From Anaerolineales bacterium (GTDB lineage Bacteria > Chloroflexota > Anaerolineae > Anaerolineales > UBA11579): a stretch of 64,000 nucleotides of DNA. The notes under the pieces were generated by a model, which had not been told where the DNA came from, searched no databases, and saw only the letters and a list, made by a program, of their open reading frames with translations. Both the position numbers and the translations under genes were made by a program. Below, one piece after another: positions 44,860 to 55,334 of the stretch. Each line of letters begins with the position of its first letter. Within the stretch, counting starts at the first letter, position 1. The stretch covers positions 20,927-84,926 of the forward strand of contig DATDRZ010000085.1 of NCBI GenBank assembly GCA_035291465.1, written 5' to 3'.

Positions 44860-46488
44860 TTAGTACTCCGGCATCGGAGGCGGAGCGGGTTTCTCTTTCT
44901 CAGGCTTGTCGGTCACCAAAGCCTCGGTGGTCAGGATCATGGCCGCGATAGAAGCAGCGTTCTCCAAAGCACCGCGGGTCACCTTGGCAGGGTCGATCCA
45001 ACCTTTTTCGACCATGTCCACGTAGTCTTCAGCCAACACGTCGTAGCCTATGTTCTTATTCTTGGTGTCGGCATGCATGCGCAGCACAGTATCAAGAACC
45101 ACGGCCCCGTCTTGTCCCGCGTTCTCGGCGATGCGGCGCATGGGCATTTCAAGCGCCTTGCGTACGATCTGGATGCCGACTTTGGCATCGTCGTCTTCGG
45201 CTTTGACCTTATTCAGCGCGGCGCGAGCGTTGATCAACGCCACACCGCCGCCAGGCACGATGCCATCTTCAATGGCGGCGCGCGTAGCCGAAACGGCGTC
45301 TTCCACGCGATGTTTCTTTTCTTTCAACTCGGTTTCCGTTGCCGCACCGACGCGGATGATAGCTACGCCGCCCGACAACTTGGCCAGGCGCTCATCCAGC
45401 TTCTCTTTATCGTAGTCACTCGTGCTGTTTTCCTTCTCGACGCGGATCTCTTCAATGCGGCCCTTGATTGCTTTAGGGTCCCCTTTGCCACCAACAATGG
45501 TGGTATTGTCCTTATCTGATACCACCTTTTCGGCTTGGCCAAGATCTTCAAGCGTGGCGGATTCCAGCTTACGGCCGACTTCCTCAGAGATCACTGTGGC
45601 GCCAGTTAGGATGGCAATATCCTGGAGCATGGCTTTGCGGCGATCCCCGAAGCCCGGCGCCTTTACGGCTAGAACATTCAGCATGCCGCGCAACTTGTTC
45701 AACACCAGGGTGGCCAAAGCTTCACCATCGATGTCTTCGGCAATGATCAACAGGTTTCGCTTGCCCGTCTGGACCAGCTTCTCGAGCAACGGCACCATAT
45801 CCTGAGCGGCGGAAATCTTCTTGTCATGAATGAGGATCTGAACATCCTCAATCACGGCTTCCATGCGTTCCGGATTGGTGACAAAGTAGGCGGAAAGGTA
45901 ACCGCGGTCAAACTGCATCCCTTCCACGTATTCGGTTTCGAATTGCAGACCCTGCGAGTCTTCAACCGTGATGACCCCGTCGTTGCCCACCTTGTCGAAC
46001 ACATCGGCGATAAGTTCGCCGATCTCGCGATCCTGCGCCGAGACCGAGGCCACGTTGGCGATATCCTCTTTGGTCTTCAGCTCGATGGCTGTCTTGCTGA
46101 TCTCCTCGGCGACAGCCTTGGTGGCGGATTCAATGCCGCGTTTCAACATCATTGGATTGGCCCCGGCGGCCAGATTCTTCATGCCATCGGTGACGATAGC
46201 ATGCGCCAACAGCGTTGAGGTGGTCGTACCATCACCGGCAATGTCATTAGTCTTGGATGCAGCCTCTTTGAGCAGCTGGGCTCCCATGTTCTCAAATGGG
46301 TCTTCCAACTCAATTTCTTTGGCCACCGTCACGCCATCGTGGGTAATGGTTGGGGCGCCGAACTTGCGATCCAGAGCCACATTGCGGCCTTTGGGGCCCA
46401 AGGTGGTGACCACCGCTTCGGCAACAGCGTCCACGCCGGCCATTAAGTGGCGACGTGCTTCCTCGGAAAAGGCGAGTATCTTTGCCAT
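44860..46488 (-). CDS. groL: Chaperonin GroEL
   Basis: 542 aa with [19 protein letters not shown] and [12 protein letters not shown]. Confidence 0.97.
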   Translation of the reverse strand: MAKILAFSEEARRHLMAGVDAVAEAVVTTLGPKGRNVALDRKFGAPTITHDGVTVAKEIELEDPFENMGAQLLKEAASKTNDIAGDGTTTSTLLAHAIVTDGMKNLAAGANPMMLKRGIESATKAVAEEISKTAIELKTKEDIANVASVSAQDREIGELIADVFDKVGNDGVITVEDSQGLQFETEYVEGMQFDRGYLSAYFVTNPERMEAVIEDVQILIHDKKISAAQDMVPLLEKLVQTGKRNLLIIAEDIDGEALATLVLNKLRGMLNVLAVKAPGFGDRRKAMLQDIAILTGATVISEEVGRKLESATLEDLGQAEKVVSDKDNTTIVGGKGDPKAIKGRIEEIRVEKENSTSDYDKEKLDERLAKLSGGVAIIRVGAATETELKEKKHRVEDAVSATRAAIEDGIVPGGGVALINARAALNKVKAEDDDAKVGIQIVRKALEMPMRRIAENAGQDGAVVLDTVLRMHADTKNKNIGYDVLAEDYVDMVEKGWIDPAKVTRGALENAASIAAMILTTEALVTDKPEKEKPAPPPMPEY

Positions 46489-46523
46489 AGATTGGTTCTC
46501 CTTAATAACTGATTGATTTGGGA

Positions 46524-46817
46524 TTAAGCCACAATTGCCAGCAGATCCGATTGGCGCAAGATCAACATCTTCTTGCCTTCCACCTTGATCTCGGTGCCGG
46601 AGTATTTGGCAAATAGCACGGTTTCGCCCACCTTCACTTCCATAGTGATGAGCTTGCCGTCCTCATCGCGCCCTCCCGGCCCCACAGCCAGCACTTTGCC
46701 GCGCTGCGGTTTTTCCTTGGCGGTCTCAGGGAGAACGATGCCACCGGGGGTGACTTCTTCGTCCTCGATGGGCTCCACCAACACGCGGTCGGCGAGCGGT
46801 TTGAGTGATATAGCCAT
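46524..46817 (-). CDS. groS: Co-chaperonin GroES
   Basis: 97 aa with [12 protein letters not shown]...GGIVLP. Confidence 0.95.
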   Translation of the reverse strand: MAISLKPLADRVLVEPIEDEEVTPGGIVLPETAKEKPQRGKVLAVGPGGRDEDGKLITMEVKVGETVLFAKYSGTEIKVEGKKMLILRQSDLLAIVA

Positions 46818-46871
46818 AAAATGCCTCCTCGAAGTTGAGTTTTTGACGCCCTTTGGCGTTGTCTAACAAGT

Positions 46872-46934
46872 TTAGCACTCTGGTCAAATGAGTGCTAACT
46901 CTCCCCATCATACCATCTTGAAAAGATGAGTCAA
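46872..46934 (-). promoter_or_regulatory. groESL promoter plus CIRCE operator
   Basis: Perfect CIRCE TTAGCACTC-N9-GAGTGCTAA at 46872-46898. On the minus strand: TTGACT (46934-46929), 16 nt, TATGAT (46912-46907), with a TG at the extended -10 position. Confidence 0.9.
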
Positions 46935-46979
46935 GATTTAATGTTGGCTTCCGCAGAAACTCTTACGAAACTCTGATAC

Positions 46980-48296
46980 TTATTGGCTGGAACCAGAGGA
47001 GGATGCCGCAAGGTTCTCACACACCGTGTAACTTTCGTTTACGATACCTATGACGATGGCGTCGCCGGGGTAGGCGGCCGCCACCTCATCGAGGATCGGG
47101 GTCGCCCTGTCACATTGGTTCAGGGCCGCCAAACGAGAGCCATAGGTGTAGTAGTAGATGAGGGTGTTGTTGTCTAGGGGCAATCCGCGCACCGAGATCG
47201 TCCAGCGGCCGTCGCTGTCGGCAGTGTTCTGGATATCGGAGCAGCCTTCGACGGCGCAGCGCAGCACCAGGATGGCGCTCTCGAAATTGCGCGCCTTGTC
47301 GTAGATGATTCCCAACTGGCCATACCAATCCGGATTGGTCGGGTCCAAGTCGACGGCTTTTTCGGCGTTCAGTGCGGCAGCAAAAAATTCACCCATGCGT
47401 GAATAGGTTTTGGCGATGGCAATGTAGGGTAGGGGGTCGTCGATGCCGAGCACTTCATTGATGTTGGCGGCACGGTCGAAGTACTCCAGCGCCTGGTCAT
47501 ACAGTTCCAGCTCGCGGTAATTCTGGCCGATGCGGATGTACAAGAAGGTCTGGTTAGGCGCAACCTCGGCGGCTTGCTTGTACAGCTCGATAGCGGATGA
47601 ATAATTGGCGCCGGCCTCCTGGACGTAGCCGCTCACGCGCAGGGTGTCCAGAGAATTCGGCTCCAGCGCCAGAGCGCGCTTGGCGTATTCGCCGGCCTGC
47701 ACGAACTGCTGCTGATCGACATAGATCTCGGCCTGGTAGGCCAGCGCCAGCACGTTGTTGTTGTCCAATTGCAGGGCCAGCGCCGCCTCGCGGCTGGCGT
47801 CGGCGATGTAGGCTTCGTAATCGGCAGTGGTGCCCGACGCGCTGGCGGTCCAGTCCAGCACAAAAGCTCGCACCGCGTGCGCGGCCGAGTCTTCCGGGGC
47901 CAGCTCGATGGCGTTGTCGATGCTTTCCAGCGCTTCCGCCAGGCGGGCGCGCTGCCGCTCTTGAGTGAGCAGCGCGGAAGAATACGTCTGAATACGCGCC
48001 AGTTCCGTCCAGCCGATGTAGTCCTCCGGGTTGACCGCTAGCGCGTCCTGGTAGGCTTTGATGGCCTGATTGAGGTTGCCGGCTTCAAAGAACGCGCTGC
48101 CTTCCTGGCGAAACGACGCCACGCTGCGGGTGGCGGTTTGCGTTGGCACGAACAGCGGCTGCACTCTGCCGATATCGATGCCATACAGCAAATAGAGGCC
48201 AGCCAAGATCAACACGCCCCACAAGATCAACCGATACGGGTTCGATGTCGACCCGCGGTCGTGGAAAAGCTCGGAACGTCGCTGTCGTACGCGCAT
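46980..48296 (-). CDS. Membrane-anchored tetratricopeptide-repeat protein
   Basis: 438 aa with one N-terminal TM segment, then repeated A-x-x-x-Y/F...A...P TPR-like units. Confidence 0.7.
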   Translation of the reverse strand: MRVRQRRSELFHDRGSTSNPYRLILWGVLILAGLYLLYGIDIGRVQPLFVPTQTATRSVASFRQEGSAFFEAGNLNQAIKAYQDALAVNPEDYIGWTELARIQTYSSALLTQERQRARLAEALESIDNAIELAPEDSAAHAVRAFVLDWTASASGTTADYEAYIADASREAALALQLDNNNVLALAYQAEIYVDQQQFVQAGEYAKRALALEPNSLDTLRVSGYVQEAGANYSSAIELYKQAAEVAPNQTFLYIRIGQNYRELELYDQALEYFDRAANINEVLGIDDPLPYIAIAKTYSRMGEFFAAALNAEKAVDLDPTNPDWYGQLGIIYDKARNFESAILVLRCAVEGCSDIQNTADSDGRWTISVRGLPLDNNTLIYYYTYGSRLAALNQCDRATPILDEVAAAYPGDAIVIGIVNESYTVCENLAASSSGSSQ

Positions 48297-48302
48297 GGTC
48301 GG

Positions 48303-49568
48303 CTAGTTGGACATCATATCTTCAGTGGCTGTCGGCGGCACGGTCGCGGTTGGCGTCGCGGTAGGCTGCAGTCGGCCTACCTGGTCTTCGCAGATCTCCT
48401 CCATCGTTTCCGCATTGTCGAAAGCGATCTCGTCGTCCGGCACCGCGGCCTTGAGCGCCGAGGCGATGGGCAGCGCTTCGCCGCAGCGACCAGCGCGCGC
48501 CAGCTCCAATCCGTACATGTAGTAATAGGGGACTACGTCCGGGCGATCCAGCAGCAATGCATTGACCACGAGGCCGTCGGCGTTCGTCCCACCGCGCAGC
48601 GCCAGTTGGAAAGCATTCAGCGCTTCTTCCGGCTGCCGGTTGCGATAAAAAGCCACTCCTAGGTTAGCATAACGCACGGGGTTGGTCGGATCGTCGCGCA
48701 CGGCTTGCTGCATGGCCTGCACCGCCTTGCCGAATTCGCCGATGGTGATGTAAATGAGTCCCTGGTATGTGTCCGGCAGCGGGTCGCTGGGGTTCAATGA
48801 GTCGGCAATGACGAATTCGTTGATGGCGTCTTCGTAGCGTTCATCGGCGCGGTAGGCGCGGCCCAGCGACAGGTGCAAATCGGCAATGCGATCGTTGATG
48901 GTCAAAGCGGCTTCATACTGGATGATGGCGTCTTCGTAGTTGCCGGTGGCTTCGAGCACGTAGCCGCGCGAGCGGCGCACTTCCAACGAATTGGGTTCCA
49001 ACTCCACCGCTCTGCGCGACTCCTCGGCAGCTTGCTCGTATTGTTCTTGGTCGGCAAGCAATTCTGCATAGAAGCCGTGAGCGATAGCCAGGTTGCCATC
49101 GAGCGCCAGCGCCCGCTCGAGCGCGGTCTCCGCCCCGGCCTGGTCCCCGAGGAAGTTCAGCGCCTGCCCCAGGATGGCCAGCGCCGTGGGGTTGTCGGGG
49201 CTGAGCAGCAGCGCGTTGCTGGCGCTGGTCTGGGAAGCTTCATAGCGTCCAGCGAAGACCTGCACACGAGCTAATTCGATGTAGATGGCGGGATTATCTG
49301 GATCGGCCATCACCGCCTGCTCATAGGACGAAATAGCCTGCAACAAATTGCCTTCAACAAAGAAGGCCGCGCCGGCATTTGCATAAGCTTCGGCATCCAG
49401 TGTTGGGGTTAACGTAGGCGATTGTGGTAAGGGCAGGGTGGGCACCACATATTGGTTGAAGTAACAGGCTGCCAAAATCAGCATGATCATCAGCCCAATA
49501 AACGCCGGGTTCGTCCGGCGTTTAGTCCTCTGCCGCTGCATGTGCCAGCGGCTTCCTCTTAAGTACAT
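48303..49568 (-). CDS. Membrane-anchored tetratricopeptide-repeat protein (tandem paralog)
   Basis: 421 aa with the same architecture as the downstream gene. Confidence 0.7.
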   Translation of the reverse strand: MYLRGSRWHMQRQRTKRRTNPAFIGLMIMLILAACYFNQYVVPTLPLPQSPTLTPTLDAEAYANAGAAFFVEGNLLQAISSYEQAVMADPDNPAIYIELARVQVFAGRYEASQTSASNALLLSPDNPTALAILGQALNFLGDQAGAETALERALALDGNLAIAHGFYAELLADQEQYEQAAEESRRAVELEPNSLEVRRSRGYVLEATGNYEDAIIQYEAALTINDRIADLHLSLGRAYRADERYEDAINEFVIADSLNPSDPLPDTYQGLIYITIGEFGKAVQAMQQAVRDDPTNPVRYANLGVAFYRNRQPEEALNAFQLALRGGTNADGLVVNALLLDRPDVVPYYYMYGLELARAGRCGEALPIASALKAAVPDDEIAFDNAETMEEICEDQVGRLQPTATPTATVPPTATEDMMSN

Positions 49569-49663
49569 GCCCGCATTCTACCGTCTGCGGAAAATTAGCG
49601 TCAAGAACGCGTGATTAGGGATTGATAAACGGCGGAATGGCCTTGCACGGTTAGAATGTACCC

Positions 49664-50398
49664 ATGCTCATCGATGTCTTCACCTTGTTCCCCGAGTTGT
49701 TTGGAACTTACTTGGAAACCAGCATCCTCGGTCGCGCTCGACAAGCGGGACTACTGGATGTTCAGTTACACAATATCCGTGATTTTGCCTCCGACAAACA
49801 CCAGGTGACCGACGATGAGCCTTATGGTGGAGGCGGGGGCATGGTGATGAAGCCCGAACCTATTTTCTCTGCTATAGAAGGCGTGCTTGCAGAGGGGTCA
49901 TCGGTACCGGTAATTTTGCTAAGCCCACAAGGAAGGCTTTTCAACCAAAAAGTAGCCCAGGAGTTAAGCGCCAACGAGCGCATGGCTCTGATTTGCGGTC
50001 GTTACGAAGGTGTGGACGAGCGTGTGCGAGAGCATCTGGTCACCGACGAAATCTCGGTGGGGGATTATGTGCTCACAGGCGGCGAGTTGCCCGCTTTGAT
50101 CATCATCGACGCAGTAGCCCGCCTGCTGCCAGGCGCCCTGGGCGACCCTACCGGAGCGATCACCGATTCGCATGCCAGCGGGCTGCTGGAGTATCCCCAC
50201 TACACCCGCCCGCCCGAGTTTCGCAGCTGGGGGGTTCCTGAGGTGCTGAAGTCTGGCGACCACGCCCGCATACGGCAGTGGCGGCGGAAACAGTCGCTGC
50301 TGCGCACCGCGCAGAGAAGGCCAGATTTGCTGGCGCGGGCTGAGTTGAGTAAGAAAGACAGGCAATTGCTGGAAGAGGCAAAAGAGGAACAGAAATGA
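49664..50398 (+). CDS. trmD: tRNA (guanine37-N1)-methyltransferase
   Basis: 244 aa with [10 protein letters not shown] and [10 protein letters not shown]. Confidence 0.92.
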   Translation: MLIDVFTLFPELFGTYLETSILGRARQAGLLDVQLHNIRDFASDKHQVTDDEPYGGGGGMVMKPEPIFSAIEGVLAEGSSVPVILLSPQGRLFNQKVAQELSANERMALICGRYEGVDERVREHLVTDEISVGDYVLTGGELPALIIIDAVARLLPGALGDPTGAITDSHASGLLEYPHYTRPPEFRSWGVPEVLKSGDHARIRQWRRKQSLLRTAQRRPDLLARAELSKKDRQLLEEAKEEQK

Positions 50399-50970
50399 AA
50401 GCGGTCTGTGTTTTTTGCGGGTCCTCAGACGAAGTGGGCGAACGCTACATTAAGGCGGCGCGGAATATGGGTGAGGTAATGGCTGCGCGTGGATTGCAGT
50501 TGGTTTTTGGCGGCGGCAGCACGGGGCTAATGGGCGCGGTGGCAGACGCCGTGCTGGACGCGGGCGGCGAGGTGATCGGCGTGCTGCCAGAGCACTTCAA
50601 CAAGCCTGAGCTAGCCCACAGTCGCCTGACGCGGCTAGAACTCGTCGATGGCATGCACACTCGCAAGGCGCGCATGGCCGAGTTGGCGGACGCTTTCGTG
50701 GCGCTGCCGGGCGGCTTCGGTACCCTGGAAGAATTCTTCGAGATTCTGACCTGGGCTCAAATCGGTTTGCACCGGAAGTCGGTAGGGTTGCTGAATATCT
50801 ACTCTTATTTCGACGAGCTGCTGAAATTCCTTGAGCACGCCAACCGGGAAGGCTTTACCTTCTGGGAACATCAACGGTTGTATTGCCAAGCCGAGCACCC
50901 AGAAGAGCTGCTGGATGCCCTGGCGGCCTATCAGCCGCCTGAGGGGTTAGAGCGATGGATGCAACGATAA
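50395..50970 (+). CDS. LOG family nucleotide phosphoribohydrolase (TIGR00730-type Rossmann protein)
   Basis: 191 aa with GGGSTGLMG and PGGFGTLEE. It overlaps the trmD stop by 4 nt. Confidence 0.85.
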   Translation: MKAVCVFCGSSDEVGERYIKAARNMGEVMAARGLQLVFGGGSTGLMGAVADAVLDAGGEVIGVLPEHFNKPELAHSRLTRLELVDGMHTRKARMAELADAFVALPGGFGTLEEFFEILTWAQIGLHRKSVGLLNIYSYFDELLKFLEHANREGFTFWEHQRLYCQAEHPEELLDALAAYQPPEGLERWMQR

Positions 50971-51009
50971 TTCAAGGCAGGTCGTCTGCGGAAAAAGCCA
51001 ATAGCATTG

Positions 51010-51924
51010 TTAATTTAACTTAGTCGCTATCCCTAACCAATCCTCAATCCTGCGCTCTTCGATAATATGTAAGTTCTTTTTTTCCAAACTTTTCTTCATT
51101 TCCGCTTCCTGTTCAGCCAATATTCCAGAAAGAATTAACTCGCCGTCCGGTTTTATCAGACTTGCCAATCCTTGATTGAGCAAGCGGATGAGCACTGGTG
51201 CCAGAATGTTCGCGACCACCACATCGGCTCTCTCCAAACCAAACTGACCGGCCAATAGTTCTGCCAAAGAGCCCTGGCCGATATCGACAGCTACACCATT
51301 CAAGCGCGCATTGTGGCGCGCGTTGTCCAGCGCCTGGGCGTCGAGGTCCACTGCGACTACCGGCTCGGCGCCCATTTTAGCGGCCGCGATAGCTAGAATC
51401 GCTGAGCCACAACCGAGATCGATGACTGAATTGCCTCGCTTTATGTAGTTTTCGAGTAACTGCAAGCTTAGTTGAGTAGTCGGATGCACGCCGGTGCCAA
51501 AAGCCATGCCGGGCTCGATGCGGATCGGGATGCGGTTGCTGGTTGCTGTAGTCTCCCACGCGGGCAGGACAAGCAGGCGCTCACCGATGGGCAGAGGCCT
51601 GTAGTGCTTTTTCCAAGCCTCCATCCAATTTTCCTCTTGGACGGTCTGGTAATCGGGTTCGGGGATTGGCCGAATGAGCGACAGATATCGCAGCCCTTGC
51701 TCAATTTTCGTCCGGGTGTTCTCCAGTTCGCTATCGGCAGGTATATAGCCGCTGACGCGCAGAGGACCCACGGCGCGGCCCTCTTCTTCGATGCTTGCTT
51801 CGATCGAGGTACTCTCGATGACTACGCCGCCGGGAATGTGGCGGGCGAGCAATTCGGAGACGGCTTCGGCGAGCTCGGGTTCGACCACAAGAGAAATTCG
51901 CAGCCAGGCGGATTTTTCAGACAT
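51010..51924 (-). CDS. prmA: Ribosomal protein L11 methyltransferase
   Basis: The start at ATG 51924 (MSEKSAWLRISLVV) is preferred over the track start at 51975. SAM motif VIDLGCGSAILAIAA. Confidence 0.85.
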   Translation of the reverse strand: MSEKSAWLRISLVVEPELAEAVSELLARHIPGGVVIESTSIEASIEEEGRAVGPLRVSGYIPADSELENTRTKIEQGLRYLSLIRPIPEPDYQTVQEENWMEAWKKHYRPLPIGERLLVLPAWETTATSNRIPIRIEPGMAFGTGVHPTTQLSLQLLENYIKRGNSVIDLGCGSAILAIAAAKMGAEPVVAVDLDAQALDNARHNARLNGVAVDIGQGSLAELLAGQFGLERADVVVANILAPVLIRLLNQGLASLIKPDGELILSGILAEQEAEMKKSLEKKNLHIIEERRIEDWLGIATKLN

Positions 51925-51985
51925 CGTCGCGGAATATAGCCTTCGGGATTCGTCCCATCCTTGCGCGCTTATCAAAAAATCAAGC

Positions 51986-54040
51986 CTAGTCGGAACAACT
52001 TAAGCTGTTCTTTACCAAATCATGGGCCGATTTCTGCTCCGTTTTGTCAGGGAACTCAATTGCAAGTTTCGTCCATTCAGCGCAAATCATTGACTGTGAT
52101 TTTGGGCTGAGCTCATAGGCGTGTAAACTTAAATCGCTGGCTGTGTCCCACTCGCCTGTGTAAGCAAAAGCCTGAATAATCGGAAGATATTCGGTTCCGA
52201 AATATGGTTCGAACCCCATTTGGCTGGCCTGACTCCAAAGATTCCTAATCCTTCCCCAATCTCCAAACTGGCTGGCAAGACTTGCTTGCTGAAAAACCTT
52301 ACACCAACGGGAGCCAGGCTCTGGGCCAAAGATGTCAATGAGCGACTGAAGTTCGTTACTGACCTCGCGGCGAATAGGCTGCAAGTTGATATAGGCCGCC
52401 GCCGCAGCCATGTCCGGTTTGACGGCTTTGTTATCAATGTCTGCGGCAGTTAGGAACCACCAGCAGGGAGATTCAGATGAATAGTAAGCGATGATCGATT
52501 GCCCGGTGTTGCCAATAAAGTCGATGCCCGGGAAATCTGCTTTAACGGTCGCGCCGTCAGCAAAATTCCCAGGACTTGCGATATGCAATCCAGAAAAAAA
52601 AGAACGATACCAATAGGCTGGGGAATCCGATTTCGTGGTTTGGGAATACCAGGTATTGATCGCAAAGGCGGAATTATATTCGTCAAGATAGCTAGCAAGC
52701 GAGCCGTCTCCGATGACCAGCGTGCCGGGTTGTAAGGTTGGAGCGCGCCAGTGGAATTGCCAGGCGATGTCCTTTTGCCTGATCCAGTTGAGCCGGTAGG
52801 AATTTGCCTGGCGAAAATGAGAGCCAATTGCCAGACTAACTAAGACAACCAGCACAAGGTTGCGATGGAAGCGATTCGGGATCAAGGTAAACAGGAAAAG
52901 CGCCACCAGAATGCTAGCCCCAAGCATTGCCGGGATGGACAAGCGGTCGCTGAACAGCCCGCTGGAAACCTGCCTTCCAACAATCCAACTCGTGGCCAGA
53001 CCCAAAAGCAAACTGGCCAAACCCAGCACCAGAATGCCAGCCCCCTGGTCGCCTGCAGTCTTCGGAGCCTTCTTAACCGAGATGCGGCTCCAGAGAAAGA
53101 GTAACACAGGGATCAAGAAAACTACTAGAGTCCAGGAAAACAATTCGAATTTATCGGTGAAGGCCAATATCGAGGGTGATAGCAAATCTGCCCATGGAGT
53201 CCAAAGAACGGCAACCAAATCCTGAATAGCCGTTCTTAATAATCCAGCCGCGGTGGACAGAGGGTTGTTAAGGAGGTTAAAGATTAGAACTGGAGGATTC
53301 GGATCTTCAGCCAGATTTAAAAAGAATACTCGCCAGACTACAAAACCCAGCCCGACCAGAAGATACGGTAGCCACCTGAGGGATACATTGCGCACCTTTT
53401 GCCGCCAACTCACTTTTCCAGTCGGGATCGAGATCCATAGGAGAATCGGGCGTAGGGTTTCCAGACCGACCAGGTATTCGGTGGTCAACAAATGGGCCAA
53501 CATTGTGGTCAGACTTAGCAACAGCAGCGCGAATTGGCGAGAGCCTTTTTGACGGATCGAGTCGAGCATAAAAAGCAAGGAGAGTAAGAAGAAAACATAA
53601 GTGGTCCAATGCTGGCGATAGACCAGGGCACTTGACTGCTGATGGAAGCTGGGATAGATGGCAAACACAACCGCTACCCAGTTGGCGAATTCCTTAGCTG
53701 AAGGAAAAACCCGGCGCATTGTTAGCCAAACCAGAATGACAGAGCACCACCTTAACAAAAGAGAGAGGATATGCCACCCGAGGGGAGATGGGCCGAGCAG
53801 GCGGAATTCGAGTACATCCAAGAGAGCATGCAATGGACGATAAGGCCCATAGATGAAATCAGCGGGATTGCTGGTAGTCTTCATGAAGTACAAGGTCATC
53901 CAGTCGTCCCAGTAGTAGCCCAGAAAGGGAATGAGCAGGCCAAAGGCGGCGATGCAAATCCCCAAAAAAAGCCAGGGGAGACTTTGATCTTCGATCCGAT
54001 AATTGCTGATCCGGCTAACTAGATTCTTCATTATTGACAT
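51986..54040 (-). CDS. Large polytopic membrane protein, possible GT-C-fold glycosyltransferase
   Basis: 684 aa with more than 10 TM segments. An acidic pair sits in the first loop (YYWDDW) and there is a soluble C-terminal domain. It lies directly downstream of a GT2 gene. The functional call is tentative. Confidence 0.5.
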   Translation of the reverse strand: MSIMKNLVSRISNYRIEDQSLPWLFLGICIAAFGLLIPFLGYYWDDWMTLYFMKTTSNPADFIYGPYRPLHALLDVLEFRLLGPSPLGWHILSLLLRWCSVILVWLTMRRVFPSAKEFANWVAVVFAIYPSFHQQSSALVYRQHWTTYVFFLLSLLFMLDSIRQKGSRQFALLLLSLTTMLAHLLTTEYLVGLETLRPILLWISIPTGKVSWRQKVRNVSLRWLPYLLVGLGFVVWRVFFLNLAEDPNPPVLIFNLLNNPLSTAAGLLRTAIQDLVAVLWTPWADLLSPSILAFTDKFELFSWTLVVFLIPVLLFLWSRISVKKAPKTAGDQGAGILVLGLASLLLGLATSWIVGRQVSSGLFSDRLSIPAMLGASILVALFLFTLIPNRFHRNLVLVVLVSLAIGSHFRQANSYRLNWIRQKDIAWQFHWRAPTLQPGTLVIGDGSLASYLDEYNSAFAINTWYSQTTKSDSPAYWYRSFFSGLHIASPGNFADGATVKADFPGIDFIGNTGQSIIAYYSSESPCWWFLTAADIDNKAVKPDMAAAAAYINLQPIRREVSNELQSLIDIFGPEPGSRWCKVFQQASLASQFGDWGRIRNLWSQASQMGFEPYFGTEYLPIIQAFAYTGEWDTASDLSLHAYELSPKSQSMICAEWTKLAIEFPDKTEQKSAHDLVKNSLSCSD

Positions 54041-54052
54041 TGCGGATTCACA

Positions 54053-54787
54053 TCAAGTCGATTTGTAAGCGCCCGCCCCGAGAAAGTATCGTATGCGCAG
54101 CAGATCCCTGCACATGGCAAGACCATCTTTGAGGATGCTCACGTCAGAATCTTGCCAAACTCGCAGCTGCACAGGTAGGCGTCCAATGGAAAGACCCTGT
54201 AACTTGGCAATGCATAACGCCTCAACATCCATGGCGAATCGATCGATCCGTGTCTTGTTGAAGGTAGCCTGGGCCGACCTGGCCGTGAACCCTTTGAAAC
54301 CACACTGGGTATCGTAGTTTTCTCCCAGGAGCATGGCCCGCACAATCCATGAAAAGATCCGACTGCTGATCTTTCGCCCGCTGGGAATGAGTTCGAAATA
54401 AGCCGACTGCGGAAGTGTGCGATCGCCAACCACCAGGTCAAATTGTTCGTTTCGAAGCAATAAGTATGCTTCCCCGATCGATTCCAGTTTGTAGGGTAGA
54501 TCGGCGTCTGTGAAAATCCGTACATCGCCATTGGCGGCCAGCATCCCCTTCCGGACGGCCGCTCCTTTTCCCTGGTTTTTTATATTCGCCAGGAACAGGG
54601 CCCCGTTCTCTGAGGCCGTCGCTCGGCACTTCTTGGGGTCTTCGCTTCCATCATCAACCACTAGCACTTGACTTTGTACGGAGAGGCGAGAAAGGTAGTT
54701 GTTCAATAAGGGTAGATTTTCTTTAAGGAGATGGGCCCCTCGATAGACCGGTATGACGATGCTAAGGTCGCTCTTTCCGGTCGTCAC
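54053..54787 (-). CDS. Family 2 glycosyltransferase (polyprenol-phosphate sugar synthase-like)
   Basis: 244 aa with SIVIPVYRG, VLVVDDGSED and TDADL. Confidence 0.8.
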   Translation of the reverse strand: MTTGKSDLSIVIPVYRGAHLLKENLPLLNNYLSRLSVQSQVLVVDDGSEDPKKCRATASENGALFLANIKNQGKGAAVRKGMLAANGDVRIFTDADLPYKLESIGEAYLLLRNEQFDLVVGDRTLPQSAYFELIPSGRKISSRIFSWIVRAMLLGENYDTQCGFKGFTARSAQATFNKTRIDRFAMDVEALCIAKLQGLSIGRLPVQLRVWQDSDVSILKDGLAMCRDLLRIRYFLGAGAYKST

Positions 54788-54928
54788 GGACGGTTATTAT
54801 AGCCTGCAAAGACCTCGAAGTTGACAGCCCCTACGCGCTACAGTACAATCTCGCGGCTTTAACAAACTGGGAGGTTGTTTTGTCGCACTGCGAGTGCTCC
54901 TCGCATCTGCTGAGTCAAAGCCTTCCCT

Positions 54929-55001
54929 GGGCCTGTAGCGCAGTTGGGAGCGCGCATCAATCGCACTGATGAGGTCGCGGGTTCGAATCCCGCCAGGTCC
55001 A
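54929..55001 (+). tRNA. tRNA-Ala (anticodon CGC)
   Basis: Hand-folded cloverleaf. Acceptor GGGCCTG/CAGGTCC with the G3:U70 identity pair, anticodon loop ATCGCAC, T-loop TTCGAAT. Confidence 0.85.
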
Positions 55002-55090
55002 CTGGTGCGATTGATGGCCAAAAGGTTGGCCATGATGTGTGGAGTTGCCTAGTGGCCTCCTTGCAACGGCGGAATCGCAAGCAAAGAGGT

Positions 55091-55189
55091 TGCTTTCCCT
55101 CGTCGCCGCAGAGCGGCTCGCTCGGGACAGGCTCTGGTCTGCGGGCAATACTCCTCGTAACTGCGAAACCGCAATAAACAAGCGGTTTC
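55091..55189. repeat. Long R1-related repeat in the spacer between the two tRNA-Ala genes
   Basis: It contains CCCTCGTCGCCGCAGAGCGGCTCGCTCGGGACAGGCTCT (55097-55135), then ACTCCTCGTAACTGCGAAACCGC-loop-GCGGTTTC. The first block recurs at 55660-55696. Confidence 0.6.
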
Positions 55190-55191
55190 TT

Positions 55192-55264
55192 GGGCCCATA
55201 GCGCAGTTGGGAGCGCGTCTCAATGGCATTGAGAAGGTCGTGGGTTCGAATCCCACTGGGTCCA
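55192..55264 (+). tRNA. tRNA-Ala (anticodon GGC)
   Basis: Hand-folded cloverleaf. Acceptor GGGCCCA/TGGGTCC with G3:U70, anticodon loop ATGGCAT, T-loop TTCGAAT. Confidence 0.85.
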
Positions 55265-55334
55265 CTGAGGATTGAGAGCGGGTCTAAAACCCACCCACAA
55301 AAGAATATTCAAAGCCATGGCAGGAGTACTAAGC

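Noticed and set aside
44782-45519. 245-aa plus-strand ORF
   Set aside because: It starts in the hairpin-rich groEL 3' region and runs antisense to groEL.
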